Shown here one piece after another: positions 25,153 to 29,572 of a stretch of 29,572 bases of DNA. The notes beneath the pieces were generated by a model, which made no database searches, was not told the DNA's origin, and saw only the letters and a list, made by a program, of their open reading frames with translations. The DNA is from a virus (Duplodnaviria; Caudoviricetes), in the IMG/VR virus record IMGVR_UViG_3300027711_000014, positions 1 to 29,572 of that record; one strand, written 5' to 3'. The translations under genes were made by a program, and so were the position numbers. How positions within the stretch are numbered: position 1 is the stretch's first letter; every line of letters begins with the position of its first letter.

Positions 25153-26619
25153 GTGAGTTTAATGAATTTTGTAGATTTTGAAACTTCTGGTAAGTTCATC
25201 GAAGCGGATAAACTATTAAAAACAAATATGTATGATTATGGTATAGATGTTGTTTCTGATAGAGCATTACCTGATTATAGAGATGGATTAAAACCAGCAC
25301 AAAGAAGACTTTTCTGGACAGCGAATGACTTAAAAGCGAGATTCGATTGTAAGTCTGTTAAGTCTGCTAGGATAACAGGTGACTGCATGGGTAAATATCA
25401 TCCACACGGTGATGCGTACGGTTCTCTGGTTTCACTTGCTACAAATGAATACCCTGTGATTTTGGGGCAAGGTAACTGGGGTTCTTTGACTGATGCTCCA
25501 GCGTCCTCTCGATACACTGAGTGTAAAATAAGTGAAATAGGAATGAGTCTTTTGGAGTGTAATGCTGTCACTGATTTTATTCCAAACTACACTGGGGAAT
25601 TTTTAGAACCTATAGTTATCAATTCTCGTTTACCTTATTATTTTATCAATGAATGTAGTGGAATTGCTGTTGGGTTGAGTGTTAATATACCGCCACACAA
25701 TTTAGGAGAAGTTGTTGATGCTTTAAAGGTGGTTGTTAAAAAGGGTGATAAAACAAAAGTTGACGATATTTTCAAATTTCTTAAAGCACCTGATTATAGA
25801 CATGGCGGTTATATTTTGTCCACAGAGGATGAGATTAAGAAGGTTTATAAAAACGGCAATGGTACTATAAAATACTCGTGTGATTATACCTTAACTAAAC
25901 AAAAGAAAAACTATCTTCTTACGGTCACTGGTTATTGTTTAGGTTTCAATCCAAACAATTTCATGAAACGAATGGATGCTTTAATAGACACTGGGGAAGT
26001 TATATATGTTAATGACTCCTCCACCAAAGATGAACCTTACAAACTTGAAGTGATGGTGAGGTCTAAAGAAGATTTTGAAAATGTTATTAAAAAACACTTA
26101 GAGAAGTCTGAGTCTTATAGGTATTATGCAGTTGAGCGAAGAAAGTCTGAGGTTGAAAATAAGGATATAGAGATAGAAATAATTTCCACCAATGTTATCG
26201 ATTTAATGAATCGTTGGGTTGAGTGGAGGCGTGATGTTGAGACAAAAATGTGTTTAAAAGAGAAAGATGTTTTAATAGATAAGCGTTGGAAATTAGAAAT
26301 GCGTTTGTTGTCCTCAAATTCCTTAAAAACTATTATAAAGTCTTTAGAGAGTGAAGATACTATTGGGTATTTATTAAACAATTTGAAAGGTTTAGAGAAG
26401 TTTAAAAATCCAAGAGAGTGTGCGAGGTTTATTTGTAACCAAAGAATTATTGAATTGAAAAAAACAGACCAAGAGAAGGTTAAAAAAGAAATTGATGTTT
26501 TGAATAAAGAAATAGACAAAATAGATAAAGATATTAAAAATATAGATTCTGTTGTTATAAGAGAATTGAATAAATTAAAAAGATTTTCAAATAAAAGAAA
26601 GGTTGGGATTTCATGGTAA
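25153..26619 (+). CDS. gyrA: Type IIA topoisomerase subunit A (GyrA/ParC-like, no CTD)
   Basis: RALPDYRDGLKPAQRR, KSARITG, YHPHGD, GQGNWGS, catalytic SRYTE, GIAVG, IPPHNLGEV. Confidence 0.93.
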   Translation: MSLMNFVDFETSGKFIEADKLLKTNMYDYGIDVVSDRALPDYRDGLKPAQRRLFWTANDLKARFDCKSVKSARITGDCMGKYHPHGDAYGSLVSLATNEYPVILGQGNWGSLTDAPASSRYTECKISEIGMSLLECNAVTDFIPNYTGEFLEPIVINSRLPYYFINECSGIAVGLSVNIPPHNLGEVVDALKVVVKKGDKTKVDDIFKFLKAPDYRHGGYILSTEDEIKKVYKNGNGTIKYSCDYTLTKQKKNYLLTVTGYCLGFNPNNFMKRMDALIDTGEVIYVNDSSTKDEPYKLEVMVRSKEDFENVIKKHLEKSESYRYYAVERRKSEVENKDIEIEIISTNVIDLMNRWVEWRRDVETKMCLKEKDVLIDKRWKLEMRLLSSNSLKTIIKSLESEDTIGYLLNNLKGLEKFKNPRECARFICNQRIIELKKTDQEKVKKEIDVLNKEIDKIDKDIKNIDSVVIRELNKLKRFSNKRKVGISW

Positions 26620-27692
26620 TAAACAAACTAGATAAAAAACACAATGCTTACAATTATGGTGAGAAAAACTGTATTATTCCTTTTGAGAAGATGTTTATAA
26701 ACACCACTCCGAGAGATAATGAAAAGGGATATATATTTTACCACCATCCATGTTATTGTGAAAAACAGAAACCTATTGTGGAAAAATATGGAGTTGAATC
26801 TGAGAATCCGTTTGAACTTTTTTACAATAACAGTCCAAGAAAAGAATTCATGGATAAAATTGTTCAGGGAGATTATAGCTTATGCCATGGTTGTCCAAGG
26901 TTTAAAAATAGAAGTGATAAGTTTTTAAGGTATTTGGAGTATCAGTTTTTTGGAGAATTTGGATATAAAGTTCATTCCCAATTTAGAAAACGAGCGGTGG
27001 AGGATTATACTCCTTATTCTTTAAGTTTGAACTTGGATGATAGTTGTAATTTGAAATGTAAGACTTGCCGAGTTGAGAGGATAAAAAATAAGTATATAAT
27101 TAATAATGAAGATATGACTAAATTAGTTGAAATGAGTAAACGGGTTAAAGTTTTAGAGTTGGGTGGTGATGGTGAGATATTTTTTGGTCGAAATTATTTA
27201 AACTTTTTGAGTCATGACCTTTCTGGAGGGGAGTTAAACGGTATTGTTTTATTTTCAAATGGAATCCTTTTCAATGAAAGAAACTGGAATAAAATTCATC
27301 CAAATAATAGAAAGTTAATTAGAGAGATAAAAATAAGCGTTGATTCACACACTGAGGATGTTTATAAAGTCATTCGAGGAAATCAGTGGGGAGTATTAAA
27401 TAAAAATTTAATTTATATAAATAAACTAAAGAAAGATTATAATTTTGAATTGAGTTCTACATTCACAATTAGTAAGTTAAATATTTCGAATTTTGGGGGG
27501 TTTTATGACTGGGCAATAAAAAATGGATTTGATAAAATTGTTTATGCTTTTGGTCGTGAAATTTTTCATGAAACTGATGATTTAGAAAAGTCTGTCGGTT
27601 TTATTATAGAGGAGAAATATAGAGAAGAGATTACCCAGCACTTAGACGATTTAAAGAAATTAGACGATGATAGGGTTTTTATAGATATTTAA
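26613..27692 (+). CDS. Radical SAM protein with N-terminal SPASM/twitch-like Cys cluster
   Basis: CNLKCKTC (CxxxCxxC), GGDGE, FSNG, ISVD; N-terminal CIIPF...PCYC...CHGC. Confidence 0.85.
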   Translation: MVINKLDKKHNAYNYGEKNCIIPFEKMFINTTPRDNEKGYIFYHHPCYCEKQKPIVEKYGVESENPFELFYNNSPRKEFMDKIVQGDYSLCHGCPRFKNRSDKFLRYLEYQFFGEFGYKVHSQFRKRAVEDYTPYSLSLNLDDSCNLKCKTCRVERIKNKYIINNEDMTKLVEMSKRVKVLELGGDGEIFFGRNYLNFLSHDLSGGELNGIVLFSNGILFNERNWNKIHPNNRKLIREIKISVDSHTEDVYKVIRGNQWGVLNKNLIYINKLKKDYNFELSSTFTISKLNISNFGGFYDWAIKNGFDKIVYAFGREIFHETDDLEKSVGFIIEEKYREEITQHLDDLKKLDDDRVFIDI

Positions 27693-27693
27693 T

Positions 27694-27996
27694 ATGTGGG
27701 GGTTTGATATTCTTATGTTTAAAATCAAAGATGAATCCATTCCTAAAGAAAGGATTAAAAAACTTCTTGACCAGTTTGGGTTATTAAGTTACATCGAAGA
27801 TGAGTATGATGGAACTATGGTTGATAAACCTTATAGAATTCACTTTGAAAAAACAAAGTATGAAAATAAATATGGAACTAAACTTATTCTTTATAAAGAT
27901 AAAAAAGTTATTTTGGAGTCAATATTCTTCAATGAAAATATACTCATTCAATTTCTTTATAAATATACTAATATTATATTAAAGGACAAGGATTGA
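27694..27996 (+). CDS. Hypothetical protein
   Basis: 100 aa ORF filling the gap between two genes. Confidence 0.6.
   Translation: MWGFDILMFKIKDESIPKERIKKLLDQFGLLSYIEDEYDGTMVDKPYRIHFEKTKYENKYGTKLILYKDKKVILESIFFNENILIQFLYKYTNIILKDKD
27958..27965 (+). promoter_or_regulatory. T4-type late promoter
   Basis: TATAAATA ending 34 nt before the structural gene gp15. Confidence 0.6.
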
Positions 27997-27999
27997 TAG

Positions 28000-29265
28000 A
28001 TGAGCAATTACACACAGGAAGGTTATGATGTTTCTTTACATGGTTTTAGAAAGGGTTCTATAGACGGTGCTGTTAATGACGGATACCCAAAAAACTTCTT
28101 TTTTGCTGACACCATTCGTTCTGTGACTATTGCTTTTGGTAGTTTCTTTAGTCGTCTTCATGTTATTAGGTTTAATTCTTTAAATGAACCTATAAAGACA
28201 ATTCAGGTACCTATTAAGTACGCACCAAGAATGAAGGCATTTGATTATAGGGTTGAGGTTAAAGATGGCAAACCTTATTATATTACTCTTCCAAATATTA
28301 CTTATAGATTAAGCGGAGTTTCTTTCGATACTACAAGGGCATCTGGTTTTAATGAAACAAGGACATTCTACCAGAAATATTTTGAGATGAATGGAATAAC
28401 CACAAAGATGGCGGAACCATTTTGGCGAGATATTCATCCTCTTCCGTATAAATTCCAAATGGAGATGGAAGCGACAGTTGAGCACATGTCGGATGCGAAT
28501 CAGATATTAGAGCAAGTTATGTCCAAATTCGAACCTTCGAGTCACATTAATATTCGTGAATTTTGGTTTGCTGATATAAGGCGTTCTTTGAAAATAACTT
28601 GTGAGAGTTCCTCTATTACTTATAACCAAGATTTTTCTGAAGATACTAAACGAGAAATAACAGTGAGTTTTCAATTTAATATAGAAGGTTTTATTTATAA
28701 ACCTATAGAGCGTGGTGTTGTGATAGAAAAGATTATTACAAAATTATACACTGGGAAGGAGTTGGAATCAGTTAACACCAAATATGGAAACTACGATTTT
28801 AGTTTAACTGATAGATTTAATTATAGTGAAATATTTGGTACTAAGATAGATTATGCGTACAAATTAGACACAAATAGTTTAATACCTTCTTTTAATTCTG
28901 ATACTGGAACTTACACAACGAGGTTTAAATATATACCTACAAAAGAAATAACCAATTACCCAGCTGGAAGCAAGCGTATTTATGTTATATTGACGGTTCT
29001 TGATTCAAATAAAGAGAAGTATAATTCTTTATTTGATGGTGAGGTGTTAAATAATGAGCGTTGTAAAGAGTTGTTTTATAATACTGAAGAAGATGGTGAT
29101 TTAGAGTTTAGTTATGAAATTGAGTACAAAGAAGATATTGGTGATGGTGGGTTTATTTTGAAGGTTTATGAGGACTTGGGTGGTTATGGGGATAAAATAA
29201 CAGATAACTGGGATTTTATTTACAAACACGAAGGGTTGGTTGGGATGATAACTGAGTCAAAATAA
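28000..29265 (+). CDS. gp15: Tail sheath stabiliser / tail terminator (T4 gp15-like) with C-terminal extension
   Basis: TIRSVTIAFGSFF, IQVPIKYAPRMK, ITLPNITY, PLPY, DANQILEQV..F.P. Confidence 0.85.
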   Translation: MSNYTQEGYDVSLHGFRKGSIDGAVNDGYPKNFFFADTIRSVTIAFGSFFSRLHVIRFNSLNEPIKTIQVPIKYAPRMKAFDYRVEVKDGKPYYITLPNITYRLSGVSFDTTRASGFNETRTFYQKYFEMNGITTKMAEPFWRDIHPLPYKFQMEMEATVEHMSDANQILEQVMSKFEPSSHINIREFWFADIRRSLKITCESSSITYNQDFSEDTKREITVSFQFNIEGFIYKPIERGVVIEKIITKLYTGKELESVNTKYGNYDFSLTDRFNYSEIFGTKIDYAYKLDTNSLIPSFNSDTGTYTTRFKYIPTKEITNYPAGSKRIYVILTVLDSNKEKYNSLFDGEVLNNERCKELFYNTEEDGDLEFSYEIEYKEDIGDGGFILKVYEDLGGYGDKITDNWDFIYKHEGLVGMITESK

Positions 29266-29271
29266 ATTTCT

Positions 29272-29279
29272 TATAAATA
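29272..29279 (+). promoter_or_regulatory. T4-type late promoter
   Basis: Intergenic TATAAATA upstream of an AGGAG RBS. Confidence 0.7.
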
Positions 29280-29312
29280 TATACAAAGGTTGATTTCAAA
29301 TAGGAGATAAAA

Positions 29313-29572
29313 ATGAGAATCAGAATAAACAAAATAAATATTACACAAGATGAATTTGAAGATTTGTTGAGTCGCTGGGTTTTTGATGATAATGGTGAAA
29401 AAACTGAAGACGATTTGATTAATTATTTGTCTTTTGTGTTTGCGATGAATGTGAAAAGTGTTGAAGAGCATTTTGGTGAAGTGATAGAAAATACTGTCAA
29501 TTATGACGAAGATGGGTATATTGATTCTATTCACAGATTGTTCAAAAGTGGTGATATTGATGAACCAGAGAT
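29313..29572 (+). CDS. 5' part of a hypothetical protein (runs off the window)
   Basis: AGGAG RBS, ATG 29313, MRIRINKINITQDEFEDLLSRW..., open to the window end. Confidence 0.75.
   Translation, partial: MRIRINKINITQDEFEDLLSRWVFDDNGEKTEDDLINYLSFVFAMNVKSVEEHFGEVIENTVNYDEDGYIDSIHRLFKSGDIDEPE

Noticed and set aside
7769-27423. Intragenic TATAAATA at 7769, 8468 and 27416
   Set aside because: Expected by chance in AT-rich DNA and not positioned just upstream of evident late genes.
1628-29534. All minus-strand ORFs and short nested plus-strand ORFs in the track (e.g. 5980-6186, 22597-22800, 26124-26519, 29271-29534)
   Set aside because: They overlap well-supported + strand genes, lack recognisable motifs and look like shadow ORFs.
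1-29572. tRNA, rRNA, introns or inteins
   Set aside because: No cloverleaf or intron-like segment was seen in the short spacers, and core genes are of normal length and uninterrupted.
1-29572. Apparent scarcity of GGCC, CCGG, GCGC and GATC (restriction-site avoidance)
   Set aside because: Cannot be counted reliably by eye and low GC may explain it; needs a Markov-corrected k-mer test. CCWGG sites are present (about 11610 and 19998).

Overview
AT-rich segment of a large T4-like (Tevenvirinae-related or jumbo) phage genome. Essentially all genes are on the + strand and read in the standard genetic code. It holds a replication module (RNase H, dimeric dUTPase-like enzyme, gp45 clamp, gp44/gp62 clamp loader, PD-(D/E)XK exonuclease) and a bacterial-type GyrB/GyrA-like topoisomerase II whose subunit genes are separated by an amidase. 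Host-like genes include two tandem GroES, ClpP, IF-1, SpoVG and a DUF4032-like protein. Also present are gp2-like and gp15-like genes, sigma70-like promoters and T4 late promoters (TATAAATA). The most unusual region is about 2.9-4.8 kb: a compositionally foreign N4-cytosine methyltransferase ends in a truncated Bacteroidota-type attC-like element, sits between 19-bp imperfect direct repeats, and is flanked by frameshifted phage genes, including a doubly frameshifted RNA ligase. Several late-promoter proteins, including an AAA ATPase, carry motifs resembling the T4 capsid-targeting and prohead-protease sequences, suggesting virion-packaged enzymes. All family assignments come from motif recognition by eye; no database searches were run.
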